Shown here: positions 24,734 through 36,717 of the stretch, piece after piece | How positions within the stretch are numbered: the stretch's first letter is position 1 | Layout: every line of letters begins with the position of its first letter | DNA from: Macrostomum hystrix | Taxonomy: Eukaryota; Animalia; Platyhelminthes | DNA length: 64,000 bases | Assembly: GCA_950097015.1 (NCBI GenBank) | Contig: CATNEN010000033.1 | Coordinates: 3,906,001 to 3,970,000, forward strand | Direction of reading: 5' to 3' | Notes under the pieces: model-generated | The model's database searches: none | Seen by the model: the letters and a program-made list of their open reading frames with translations, nothing else | What the model was told of the DNA's origin: nothing | Program-made: the position numbers and the translations under genes

Positions 24734-25386
24734 ACGAAATTGAAGAGACTGAAGCTTTATGAAATATGGAAACAGGGGTGCTGTTTTGATAGCTAGTTTC
24801 AGCTATACGATAACAGCCTGTTAATAAAATGAGTAAAGCTAAGAGAATGGCAGAGAATGTGGTTGCTGATCGGACTATATTTTTTGGGAGCGAAACCGGG
24901 GAAGAGAAATCCGAATAGCTTTCTGAAAAGCTTTCAAACAAGCCGAACCCATTCCACAATCGTTCTCAGTAGATGCACAAAAATTATTTCACAAGCCGCC
25001 GTCGTATAATTAAATGAGTGCATATTACTGAGATTTTAACAGATGCTCGACTCCAGTGAGGTCTTCCTTGCGCAGCTCCATGCACAAAGCCATGTCAAAT
25101 GAGAGCTCACTCCATCTCTTGGTCAGTTTACAAAGCCTTTCTCCTTGGCTCTCGTGTGCTCTCTGCGGTAGCGAATGAGATTTTATTGTGCAATAAAAAT
25201 TAGAAGGCCGACCACTATACAAGTGACCAATGCGGGGGAGAGAAACGATAAACCAAGTGGCTAGGCAACAAAACAGCTGCAGCAGACTAGAATTGACTAT
25301 TGTTAGTCGAGACTCTCATAGAGATAGAAAACTGACCTGTACCGGTGCCAAAATCTAGTCAGGCGTCTCCTGACACACCCGAAGTC

Positions 25387-26892
25387 ATGGCTGACTTCTC
25401 AATGAAGGGCTTCCTGCAGAACGGAGGCCAGTTCATTCACCAGAGGCACCGCTCCAATTCCGGTGGCAGCGGAGTGCAGCGAGAGCTGGAGCAGAAGACG
25501 AAGAGAAGCAAGGCGGCCTTGAGTGGCGCCCCGGACTCGTTGCTTCCAGGTGGCGTGAGCGGCGGTCGCAGGATGAGCCTCGGAAACCTGAGCGCCAGCA
25601 GAATCAGCATCGCCAGCTCCATCGGCACCTACAATGAGAGCACGATTCAGCAACTGGAGGAGACTGGCGACCTTAGTCATCAGGGTTAGTGCATTCGCGC
25701 ACTTTGTTCGTGCTTTGGCCACAATGTGACGCTGTCCCCATTCGCTTTTCTGAGCCAAATGTATCTTGCTGTAATTGCTGGTGTCACTGTTTATCAATAT
25801 AGGTAAACTTCATGCCATAAAACCCGTGCCCCTCAGGTGAGGACTCAAACCGCGGAAAGGTGCTCCTCAGTTTTCACTTCGACCGCAAAGCTCAGCTTCT
25901 CACGCTGAAGATCATCGAGGGCAAGAACCTCCGCTCCGTTAACGGCGGCGACGTCTGCGCCTTTGCCACCATCAGCTTCCTGCCTTCATCTGGCAGCTCC
26001 AAACTGGAGACCAAAGTCCGCATGCTCACCAGCAGGCCGGTCTGGAAGGAGGTCTTCAGAATCAGAAACTTTCTAGAGGAAAACTTCAAAGAGCATAAAG
26101 CTTTCGTCATCGAAGTCTGGGACAAAACTTCTAACGGAAACAGCCAGCTGATTGGCGAGGCCGTCATCCTGCTGCGTAGCCTCACCATGGACGAGCTTGA
26201 GAAGGGTGTGGTGCTGTGGAAGTACCTCAGCCTCGACAGACACGAGTCCGAGTTGTCTCTTGGCGAGCTGACCTTCTCGGTGCGCCAGTCGCATCGGAAG
26301 AAACGGCTGACGGTCAAGATCGACCGGGTTTGTACCTATCAATTCAAAGGCTCGCGAGCCGAATTTTAAAGCTATTGCTAGGGCTCATACAGCTGTGATG
26401 TTGGTAGTTGATATGGCTGGTATATCCTGGATTTACAATGATTTCACGTGCACTCAATCTTGTTTTCGGCCTCAGGTGAGCAACGCAGCCATCCCAGTGT
26501 CAGCTACAACCCCCTGCCTGTATATGAAGCTGATGCTGCTGCGCGGGAATACGGCCGTGCTGTCAGACCGAACAGCCGCAGTCACGAACTCGTACAGTCC
26601 CGTGTTCAACCACAAGATGAGGATCAGCCTGAACACGAACAGTCTGGCTGGCGCCAGCCTGAAGCTGCTGCTCAAGCAGGAGCCGACAGCTCGGGTCGCG
26701 AACCTGCGCCGCGGCAGCGTCGGCAGCGTGCAGCACTACTTCCAGAAAACTGTCGGCGTCATTCATCTGGGCTCGGACGCCGAGCGGGAGGATCTTAGGG
26801 AGGCCTGGAACAAAATCCTCGCGTGCAAGGACAGGAAGATCAGCTTCAACTTGAAGTTTTCCGCGCCGCGAAATGCCAGCGTCGACAACTGA
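25387..26892 (+). CDS. Tandem C2-domain synaptotagmin-like protein (probably Ca2+-independent; start uncertain)
   Basis: Exons 25387-25684, 25837-26327 and 26476-26892 splice in frame. C2A: GKVLLSFHF...LTLKIIEGKNL...PVWKEVF...EVWD...LIGE. C2B: LGELTFS...LTVKIDR...YMKLML...SPVFN...VGVIHLG. Confidence 0.8.
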
Positions 26893-27439
26893 CTGGCTGA
26901 CTGGCTGTTCTTCCATTGACGATGGGCATCGCACAACACCTCTTTTTTTCATCTGAACTTTATTAAAATTCAACAGAAAGCTTAAACAGATATCAGGAGC
27001 ATTGATTTTCATTTCTGTTTGATACCTCTGCGAATTTTTTTACAGCTAACGGTTTATTATTTGATTTTTACGTTTTTATTTCAGTCATTGAATTGTACAG
27101 TAGCTGACACAGTTAACACAAAGTTGACGAAAAAAGAACTAATATAGTAACGAAGCCTGTGAGAGCGAGAATTAAAAGACCAATCACAGGCCAAATTTTT
27201 TAAGTTTTTAACAAAACCACAATGTCCAAGGCTCACTACTGTCGCTTGGCCGGAGCAGCAGCCACTAAAGCGCTTAGTTGTTTTTTAAAAATAAAACTGC
27301 TACCTGACATAAATCATAAATTGTTCTCCCAAAACAATGAAGTTATATATTCCCCTCTTATATACTTCCTTTGAATATATATATCTCCAATTATGCAAAC
27401 CTCAACAATTTCCTCTCCTTATCTCTTCCTCTTCTTATA

Positions 27440-27575
27440 CTTTCTTCTGATCCTCTCCCACTTTCTTCTGATCCTCTCCCACTTTCTTCTGATCCTCTCC
27501 CACTTTCTTCTGATCCTCTCCCACTTTCTTCTGATCCTCTCCCACTTTCTTCTGATCCTCTCCCACTTTCTGCTC
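27440..27575. repeat. 21-bp minisatellite (TGATCCTCTCCCACTTTCTTC)
   Basis: About 6 copies. Confidence 0.9.
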
Positions 27576-28457
27576 ATCCTCTCTCTTTTTCTTCTCACAT
27601 TCTCTCCTGTTTTTCTTATCTCCTGTCTCTTACCTGTATCTCATTGTGCTTGCTGCCTCAGTCTCTTGTTCACCTACTCACTGTTGATTCTCTCCTGGCA
27701 CAGTGTGTTTCGTGCCCCATTGGCATCACTAAGACAGTTTAAAAGCCAACTCAGTTAGCATCTAGGCCAGTTAAAATCACCGTAACCGGCTCTCGTTTTC
27801 GGTCACAATTTTCGTTACATGCCGCATAGCTAAATCTGTTACTTTACAATGCCAAATCGAATCTTCGCATAGGCATCCATTATAGTCACAGCTTGTTGCT
27901 TATCACAATAGCAAACTGGTTGAGTTCGGCTCAGAGGATAGACTAAGAATACGGCTGCTGGGACAGACATTGCAAAGTACATGGGCCAAATGTGGGAGTA
28001 CAGTACACTCAGCGAGTGAACACATGACTTAGCTATAGGGACAGTTGAGGGCTAAATGACCAAGCATCAGTGTACGAAACTGGGTGGGTCGTTCGCTCCC
28101 CGCCACGCACTGAGCACCCACCCCAACCTCCGCAGTTTTTTTTGCTTTTTAGGGCAACCGACCGTGGGCAGGGGCTGAGGTAGACGCAGTGTTCCGCTCA
28201 GCTTCATCTGCAGCCAAAGTCGAGGTGGCTTACACACAGACAGCTAAGCAAAATCTCGTGCTCTTAGTTTAGAAATATATTTTTTCAAACCGACAATTGC
28301 ATTTTAAAATGTTTCAGTTGAACTCCACTTGACCAGAATTACATTCTGTTCTTTCGGCTAGGGACTTCCGGTCCACGGCGGGTGAAAAGGAGTCTTCTAA
28401 TCTACAAAAGCATTTCTTCAGCAACATTCACCTGTGTTTGCCGCTCAGCCTTGTTCG

Positions 28458-31423
28458 ATGACGGTTGCAGAAAAAGCATCATCGGTGGACCAAGGCTGGG
28501 CTTGGGTGGTCTGTGCTGGTGAGTTCCAGTTAGAGTTAGACACGTACTGTTTGGCTTTCTCCCTAGCATTGTCCAATCAGACCAGTATCGAAATGTCACC
28601 GATTGAATCGGTTTTTGTCCGTTAATTTGCTAAAAGATTGTGCCGGTCTCTAAAATTTTGTCAGTCTCAGGCTAGCGGGTTGTGTCAGGTTCCAGCAGGC
28701 TCTAGCAGGTTGTGTCAGGTTCCAGCAGGCTCTAGCAGGTTGTGTCATGTTCCAGCAGGCTCTATCAGGTCGTGTCAGGTTCCAGCAGGCTCTATCAGGT
28801 TGTGTCAGGTTCCAGCAGGCTCTAGCAGGTTGCGTCAGGTTCCAGCAGTATCTAGCAGGTTGTGTCATGTTCCAGCAGGCTCTAGCAGGTTGTGTCATGT
28901 TCCAGCAGGCTCTAGCAGGTTGTGTCAGGTTCCAGCAGGCTATAGCAGGTTGTGTCAGGTTCCAGCAGGCTCTAGCAGGTTGCGTCAGGTTCCAGCAGGC
29001 TATAGCAGTTTGTCAGGCTCTAGCAGGTTGTGTCAGGCTCTAGCAGGTTGTGTCAGGCTCTAGCAGGTTGTGTCAGGCTCTAGCAGGTTGTGTCAGGCTC
29101 TAGCAGGTTGTGTCAGGCTCTAGCAGGTTGTGTCAGGCTCTAGCAGGTTGTGTCAGGCTCTAGCAGGTTGTGTCAGGCTCTAGCAGGTTGTGTCAGGCTC
29201 TAGCAGGTTGTGTCAGGCTCTAGCAGGTTGTGTCAGGCTCTAGCAGGTTGTGTCAGGCTCTAGCAGGTTGTGTCAGGCTATAGCAGGCTATAGCAAGCCC
29301 AGTTCACGCATTCCAGCGGGCTCGTTTCTCCACATTATGGTGGTCGGCACCATCCGCAGCACGGGCCTCCTTCTGGCCAATGTGTCCGAGCACTTCAACC
29401 GCAGCAAGCGGGACACCTCCTGGATTCTGAGCCTCATGTTTCTGGTGTACCTGATGCTCAGTGAGTAGTGCTCAATCAACTTTGTAGATCACCCGCAGTC
29501 GCTGCATTATGTATATTATGAAATAACTGAGAACCCAAAGCTGCCAAAAGTCCTAATGAGACATTAAGGTAGAACATGATAATGCGTATTTGCCACAACT
29601 GTACCTCGAATTTTCCTGACCTTTTCTTGACTTATCTTACAGTAGTCGGAAGTGACAATATTGCAAAAATAATATGATTTTTCCTCTCTCCCAAACAAAC
29701 AGCACCCATCACGATGAGCCTGTCCAGACGCTACTCGGTCAGGCTGATCGTGACAGCAGGCAGCGGCTTCCTCGCATCCGGCTTCGCTTTGTCGTACTTC
29801 GCCGAGTCCCTGGAGCTGCTTTACCTCACCATCGGCCTGCTGGTCGGCACCGGCTTGTCGATGACCCACCCGCCGACTGTGCTGCTCATTAGTTACTACT
29901 TCAAGCGACATCGCACGGTAGCTATGGGCATTGCCATGGCTGGCTGCTCGATTGGCGCACTTTGCATGCCGCCGCTGATGAACGCGCTGATCGAGGATTT
30001 CACATTCCGTGGCGGCATGCTGCTGTGGGGCGGAATGATGCTGAATGTGGCGGTGGCCGCCGCTCTCATGAGACCGTTCGTTGCCGAAGACGCCGACCAA
30101 ACCGCAGCTTCGGCTCCGCTGATTGACGAAAGGACGGAAGAAAATGCTGAGAATTCAAAGGAGAATGGGACGAATGATGCCATAGAAAAGATTGAGAATC
30201 ATTCCAAGGAGAACAAGCCGCTGGAAAGTGCAGACTGTTGCGTAGAGAATGAGGAGCATTTCAACAAGAATGGAAGAACGAATTATACAGAAAAGAGCCA
30301 AAAATCCGGCATTATCGCGCGAATAAAAGCTGGCGATGTCTCGTCTCGATATTTCTGCAGCGCGAACAACATTCTCGGCACTACGGACTCCGCGGACGCC
30401 GCTGCAAAACCAGGCGGTCGACGTCGGTCGATTTCAGCGACGGCGCCGTCAACTAAAGCGACTTCGATGCCGGCAGCCGTGGTCCCCTACGTCCCACCAA
30501 TACTTCTGTCGTCCTGTGGCGATGTCAGCATTCTACCGGATTCTGCAGGACCTGTCGCGGAACCATGTGGAGAGGAGAAGAGTTTGCTCAGCCGGCTCAG
30601 GAGCACCATGGCCGAGAGCGCAGGCCTGATGCACCAGTTTCGCTTCTGGCTGCTGCTCTTCAGCCTCTCTCTGGCCATTCAGGGCATGCCGTTAAACTTC
30701 ATGATCCTTCCGCAGCACGGCAAGAGCATCGGCATGACCTCCTCGGAGTACACCAGGCTGCTGCAGTATCAGGGCATCTCGGATCTGGCTGTGCGAGTCG
30801 GCATCGGCTTTCTGTCTGACAGGCAGCTGATCCGCAGGCAGCTGCTGCTGGTGGTGCTCGTCATCGGCCAAGGCGCACTCTGGTGCCTCCTACTGTACCC
30901 GACGCCGGGCGCGGCGTTAGCCTTCTCTCTGTTGGAGGGCGCCTTGGCCGGCGGCCTCGTGACAAACCTGGCACCGATCCTGGTGGACAGATTCGGTGTA
31001 GAGCACCTGCCGCTCACCTACGGTGTGCTCGGCGTTCTCGAGAGCGGCACTATGATCAGCGTTCCCGTTCTGCTAGGTGGGTCGAAACTCTGGGAATAAA
31101 GATTTTGCATTTTGGCCATCGTGTTGGACCACGCGATGAAATGCAGAAATCCATGAATGGGAAGGGACTAGCAGTTATTTCAATTTCATTTCCATGTTCC
31201 TTGCCTTGCAAGACGATGCTGGCCAAAGTAGCTTTAGAAAGTGATTCTCTCATCTGCAGGAGATTTGTTCGACAAGACTGGCTCGTGGCGATCCTCGGTC
31301 ATCTTTTTGTCGGTCTTCATCACGGTGTCCGGGCTGCTGTTGCTGGCAGACGACCTCCTGGGCCAGCGAGATCAGCGGAGAAAGCAGCTGAAGAGTGAGA
31401 AGACAGCCGCTGCTGACACATGA
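28458..31423 (+). CDS. Monocarboxylate transporter family (SLC16/MCT, MFS) member
   Basis: Exons 28458-28518, 29317-29460, 29703-31076 and 31260-31423 (all phase 1). N-terminal DQGWAWVV matches the SLC16 DGGWGWVV motif; also YYFKRHRTVAMGIA, RVGIGFLSDR, a large central loop and GDLFDKTGSW. Confidence 0.9.
28672..29292. repeat. Minisatellite in SLC16 intron 1: 30-bp units changing to 20-bp units
   Basis: CAGGTTGTGTCAGGTTCCAGCAGGCTCTAG up to ~29010, then CAGGTTGTGTCAGGCTCTAG. Confidence 0.96.
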
Positions 31424-32360
31424 TGGATGCACTTGGCTGTCAGCGCTGTCAGGATCTTTCCAATGCGGTCCTAAGTGCTATACATTTCGAGCAAACAAAA
31501 CGGCTAAGATTTTATTCCATCAAAATGTACCCGACTTGAGCAAACAGCTCACAATCTAATTCACAGATGCAGTTTCACAATAGATTCGCTTGACAATTCT
31601 AGCAAGCGGTTGCGGCTGAATTCGAGCCAAAGCGCTTGCATTTTATTTGTTTTTTCGTGACGTTTTCGCAGCTTCACGTGCGAGGTATCTGCATAGAGTA
31701 TGACATGCCTGAGTATCTTGTTACGCGCGGTTAGTTTACTCATAGATTGTCCTCAAAACAGAGCTCTATTTCATTAACATTGCACGTATGAAATTCTTAA
31801 TGATTGGCATTTCAATAAATTTTAATCGAGACAGCTCACTTAATGAAGAATATTTTTTTGTTTGCCTTTTATATCACAGCGCCATTATCATTATGTTTTT
31901 GCAGTTTGAATAGTGTACCTGTACTGTCTCAAGAATAACATTGAGGTTAATTTTTGGCTCTTCCGATAAAGCAACAATTTAGGTTACGAATTTTAACCAA
32001 CTTGACCTTCTTGTTACATGGAAGCGCTACAGTACGTCAATATTTTCGTTGTCCAACTGCACATGATTGGAATGGCACACGTTTGGCAGACGTCTAAAAT
32101 AAACTTCGAAGAAAGTTTATGCGGCTACCTCCTCTTTCGAAATAAAATAATCACAGAAGACTGTTCCTGATACAGCCAGCTGATCTGTCAAGCACTGTAT
32201 ACGCTCGCATCTACAGGTTTTCGCACATATATTGCAATGATGAGTGGGTAAAACTTAAATTGCAAAAGGGGGACGTCTTAAGTTTATACATATGCTTAAC
32301 AACTTGTTTAAAACGACGAAACAGAATGTTAAATCGGAGCAGGACCCACCATCACGCGGG

Positions 32361-35360
32361 TTATGCGCTGTTTGACTCGTAGTCGGAAAATATTGGCGGC
32401 GGAAGTTTCAGTCGGCCGCCGCTGCCTTGACCGCTGGCGTCGCCGTCGGTGCTGCCAGAAACTTCTGCCGCGGAGCCAACAGACCTGCCCGACTGAATAA
32501 TGTGGCGCAGCGTGAGGCCAAGCCCAGTGAGGGTGCTGGCGGCCATGGCCAGGCAGAGGATCACTGACCAGGCCAACAGGCGGGAGTATGCCTCGAGGCT
32601 GGTGAAGGCGGCCCCGGACTGGCCCGGATCTGCCGGATAGGCGCGGCCGTTGACGCCGCTGGTGCCGCCGCCACCTCCACCGCCGCCGTTACTGCCGCCA
32701 ACGGTTTCAGTGCTCGGGCCGCTGCAGCCGGCGCCCAGGCTGCTAGCCGGTGGGCAGGCACAGGAGCGACTTCTGCTGCCTGAAGACGTCCAGGCTGACC
32801 AGGCGCACCAGGCGCCGGCAGTGATCGGGCTGGTGTCCACGCCGATCCCAAGACAGTCCGCGCCACCAAACTGGGGCGCGCTGCAGTTGCACTCCCGCCA
32901 GCGGGTCTCTTGTGTTCCGTTGCTTGCATATGCGGACCAGGAACACCATGTGCCGTTGATCACCGGCCCCGCTTCACTGCCGGAGCCGGAGCAATCCGAG
33001 CCACCATATTGAGGCGCGCTGCAGTTACAGGCTCGCGTCCTGACACCTTCAGAACCGTTGACTTGATAAGTCGACCAGCTGCACCAAGCGCCGCTAATGA
33101 CAGGTCCTGCTTCGCTGCTATTTCCAGAGCAGTCGGCACCGCCGTACTGAGTTGCGCTGCAGTTGCAGACTCGGCTTCGGACTCCATGACCGCTGACGAC
33201 TCTGAACGATGTCCACTCGCACCAGGACCCGTTTACTTGCGGTCCGGTCTCATTCGCGACTCCGGAACAATTGAGGCCGCCGTACTGAGGTGCGCTGCAG
33301 TTGCAGACTCGGCTTCGGACTCCATGACCGCTGACGACTCTGAACGATGTCCACTCGCACCAGGAGCCGTTCACTTGCGGTCCGGTCTCATTCGCGACTC
33401 CGGAACAATCGAGGCCGCCGTACTGAGGTGCGCTGCAGTTGCAGACTCGGCTTCGGACTCCATGACCGCTGACGACTCTGAACGATGTCCACTCGCACCA
33501 GGAGCCGTTCACTTGCGGTCCGGTCTCATTCGCGACTCCGGAACAATCGAGGCCGCCATACTGAGGTGCGCTGCAATTGCAGACTCGGGTCCGCCAGCTG
33601 ATTCCGTCAGCTCTGGCTGAGGAAAATGCCGACCAGGCGCACCAGCTGCCATTGACTGCCACGCCCGTGTCGTTGCTGGCTCCAGTGCAGTCGGCGCCTC
33701 CATACTGCGGTGCGCTGCAGTTGCACAATCGATGTCTGATGCCCCAGCCGTCGGTGCCGACACTGTAAGTAGACCAATCACACCAAGACCCGTTCACAAG
33801 TAGGCCAGTCTCATTTCCGGAGCCGGGACAGTCAGTGCCACCGTACTGTGGTGCGCTGCAATTGCAAAGTCGCGATCGAGTGCTGTAGCCGCCGCTGAGA
33901 GCGCTCCATGCGGACCAGCCGCACCAGTTACCGTTGGTTACGAAAGCAACCTCGGAGCTGTTACCCTCACACGGCAGGCCGCCTATTGCTGGCGGACAGG
34001 CGCAGGTTCGATTCCTTGTCGAGGTACTTCCAGATACTATGTAGGTGCCCCAGAGACACCAGGATCCATTTATTCGGGTGGGATTCTCGCACGGCAAACC
34101 AGCCATTGCCAAAGAGACGTCCGATAGCTGGTCGAATCGCCACTGTGTAGAGCTGACAGACGAGAGACTCAAAACCAGGCTGCCCCTGATAGAGCTGTAC
34201 GACAGGTACATTCCGCGCGTACTGTTTCGCGTTGATTGCACCGTAAATACGCCGGATGCTCCAGCCGTGCGAATGTCCCAAAACTCGCGCTCCACCGATA
34301 TTGGCTCCAGACCGACCTCGCTGCCGTCGTTGCTGACGCTTCTCCAGTTGGCGTTGTCACACCTTAACGGCAGCTTCAGGATAAAGAACCCGTTCGGCTG
34401 GGGCAGGACCTCGATTGGCTCGGCCGAAGACTGCAGTGATATGCGCTCAGAACCGGCTGAGGTGATCGGCACGGCGGATCCCGCGGGTGACCACGATGTG
34501 TTGCAAGCAGCACCACCGACGCCACAGCTGGTGTGCTCGCGAATGTAGAAGAAGCCCCAGCCGAGTGCCAGGCCGGTGACCTCTTTGTATTTGCGAAAGT
34601 ACGGACAGACCCGCATTCGCTTGTTCGGTTGGTAATATTTCTCCGTCAGGCACCAGGGCAGATCCCAAGCTTGAGCGTCTACCGTCGTGCAATCGTCGTA
34701 ACATTTCTCCTTGTAATAGAAAGGAAACGTACAGTTTCCGGTCGGGTCCGTCTGCACCAGCGCTGTTGAATAATTGCCCAGCTGTTGTGGTAGGTATACC
34801 AACGTTGTCGCATTAAGCTGGGCGCAGCTGGGATCTCGTAGACCCTTCCTGGTGGCCCGACAATAGCGCTGATTGCTGGTCATGTGGTACATGACGTCCG
34901 TTGTGGAGCACCACGACTCGCCACTCCCAGCTGTGTCAATGCAGTCATTGTAGCAAACATTGTTGTACATGAAGGGAAAATAGCAGGCGGTGCCAGAGCC
35001 GCTACCTCCGTAGACCTCGATCTCGGAGGAGGCACTCATGTTGGCGAGGGCCTGGCAGTTCGGCTTGGCCAAGTCGGACACCAAGAAGCGGCAGAAGCGC
35101 CAGGCTGAGAAGTCAGCCGGGTAGTTGCAGCCGGTGGCGCACCAGTAGCCACAGAACGAGCCGTCGCAGTAGGGTCCGTCGCAGTCGTTGAACACCATGC
35201 CGGCGTAGGTGAACGGGAAGTAGCAGCTGTCGCCAGCTGTGCCCGGATGGTTGACCACACCGACTCTCCTATCAGCCACGGAGGAGGCCGGGTTGCACTG
35301 GGCCCTACCTGGCGCAACCAGGATCTGCATCAGCAACAGCAGCAGCAGCAGGAGCCGCAT
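32361..35360 (-). CDS. Intronless type I membrane protein: signal peptide, 3 fibronectin type II domains, a Cys-poor linker domain, 10 thrombospondin type 1 repeats, TM helix and short tail
   Basis: 999-aa ORF. FN2 motifs CYFPFTY, CYFPFMY and CTFPFYY, each followed by WC. Ten W..W..(W/Y/F)...R.R.C.C...G..C repeats. Hydrophobic LLAWSVILCLAMAASTLTGLGLTL near the C-terminus. Confidence 0.9.
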   Translation of the reverse strand: MRLLLLLLLLMQILVAPGRAQCNPASSVADRRVGVVNHPGTAGDSCYFPFTYAGMVFNDCDGPYCDGSFCGYWCATGCNYPADFSAWRFCRFLVSDLAKPNCQALANMSASSEIEVYGGSGSGTACYFPFMYNNVCYNDCIDTAGSGESWCSTTDVMYHMTSNQRYCRATRKGLRDPSCAQLNATTLVYLPQQLGNYSTALVQTDPTGNCTFPFYYKEKCYDDCTTVDAQAWDLPWCLTEKYYQPNKRMRVCPYFRKYKEVTGLALGWGFFYIREHTSCGVGGAACNTSWSPAGSAVPITSAGSERISLQSSAEPIEVLPQPNGFFILKLPLRCDNANWRSVSNDGSEVGLEPISVEREFWDIRTAGASGVFTVQSTRNSTRGMYLSYSSIRGSLVLSLSSVSSTQWRFDQLSDVSLAMAGLPCENPTRINGSWCLWGTYIVSGSTSTRNRTCACPPAIGGLPCEGNSSEVAFVTNGNWCGWSAWSALSGGYSTRSRLCNCSAPQYGGTDCPGSGNETGLLVNGSWCDWSTYSVGTDGWGIRHRLCNCSAPQYGGADCTGASNDTGVAVNGSWCAWSAFSSARADGISWRTRVCNCSAPQYGGLDCSGVANETGPQVNGSWCEWTSFRVVSGHGVRSRVCNCSAPQYGGLDCSGVANETGPQVNGSWCEWTSFRVVSGHGVRSRVCNCSAPQYGGLNCSGVANETGPQVNGSWCEWTSFRVVSGHGVRSRVCNCSATQYGGADCSGNSSEAGPVISGAWCSWSTYQVNGSEGVRTRACNCSAPQYGGSDCSGSGSEAGPVINGTWCSWSAYASNGTQETRWRECNCSAPQFGGADCLGIGVDTSPITAGAWCAWSAWTSSGSRSRSCACPPASSLGAGCSGPSTETVGGSNGGGGGGGGTSGVNGRAYPADPGQSGAAFTSLEAYSRLLAWSVILCLAMAASTLTGLGLTLRHIIQSGRSVGSAAEVSGSTDGDASGQGSGGRLKLPPPIFSDYESNSA

Positions 35361-36717
35361 CGAAACAACGTACCTGCTGGAATATTAGTTTCTTAAGTAA
35401 ACCAGCAGACGCAGGGCCAAGCCCAGTACGAAATCTGAAATTAGTCGCTTCTTTGACTATTTAGGAGTGACTGTTTTGTTTTAATACTTCGGCAGGCGAA
35501 GCCAAACCGTCACCCCACCCTCCCCCACTGGCTGACGTTGGGCGCATTCAAGAAAACACGAGAATAACTCTATCTCACCTCTCACTGCCTCCCTTAAGGC
35601 ATCTTTTATGTTTTGTTTTTCAGCACTTTACAAACAGCGCGACCTTATGTATTTATATGATGTTTTTCTGTGCCATTGTTATTCACTTCGCTACCCGCCA
35701 TCTATTCAGAGTGATGCAGTGCACAAAATAATAATTAATTATATTGCCAGGAGAATAAGCAGCATTTATTTGAGAACTGCTACAATAGTGTCTGAATCTG
35801 TCTATCCTTCAGTGTTTACCGGTTAATTTGTACACCTGTCTCAATAGCATAAACTACTTTTTATTACCGTGGTATTTTCAATTTCTATAAATACGACAAT
35901 GCATGACTGGTCTTCGATGCCGCTGCACTTTTAGCGGGAAAAAACTAAGGGTCGATAAAAAATCTGGCTAAATAATGTTAACTCATTAGACATTAAAGTC
36001 ATACGAGAAAAATTTCGGAAAAAAAGTTCGATCTTGGCTTTTTATCTAGACAGTGCAAATTTCAGCCCTTTAAGTTTGAACATAGGGATACCCAAGCTTT
36101 ATAGAACGAACCCCCATGTTCTCTGAAAAAAAAACAAAAAAATACGCTTAGCTGCTAAATAATTATCGCAAAGTTGCTAAGATATTACGTATTAAAAGCG
36201 AGACAAAAGCGAAATCTTAAGAGATTTTTGCGCGTCATTGCTAAGCTTCGATTAGATTAGGGAATTATTACAATGATAAACACATTGAGATGAGCAGCGA
36301 CATGAGATCATCGCATTTTGAGACCATTTTCCAGGAAAGAATTAAAAAGAGTAAACCTTTATGACTAAGGCATCCTTATAATCGCGAGGTGTCTCGCTCC
36401 CATACTGAGTACCGGCTTTTTCGGTTCTTTGAGTGTACTTTCAATTTGTTCACTCTGCGATTTAGCTGGTCAACTGGACAAGTCTCATAAGCGGTAGTCA
36501 GTGTACTCTGAGTGCATATCTAACCCAGTCCTGGGTTTAATGTACACTGGGGGGTAGGAATGTTGATTTGGCAGTGTACATCAGTGAATCAAATAGCCCA
36601 GCCATCTATCATCCGTCCCCCACCAGTGAAACCACCCACCCCAAACCTCGCAGCCGTCTCGCTCTGAATGAATTTACAATGCAAGTTTTGTGAAAATCTT
36701 AGACACCGAATCAAGAA

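Noticed and set aside
32561-35317. Antisense and overlapping ORFs within GC-rich genes (also at 4277-4783, 12669-13719, 53994-54471)
   Set aside because: Expected shadow ORFs of GC-rich coding sequence, with no recognisable motifs.
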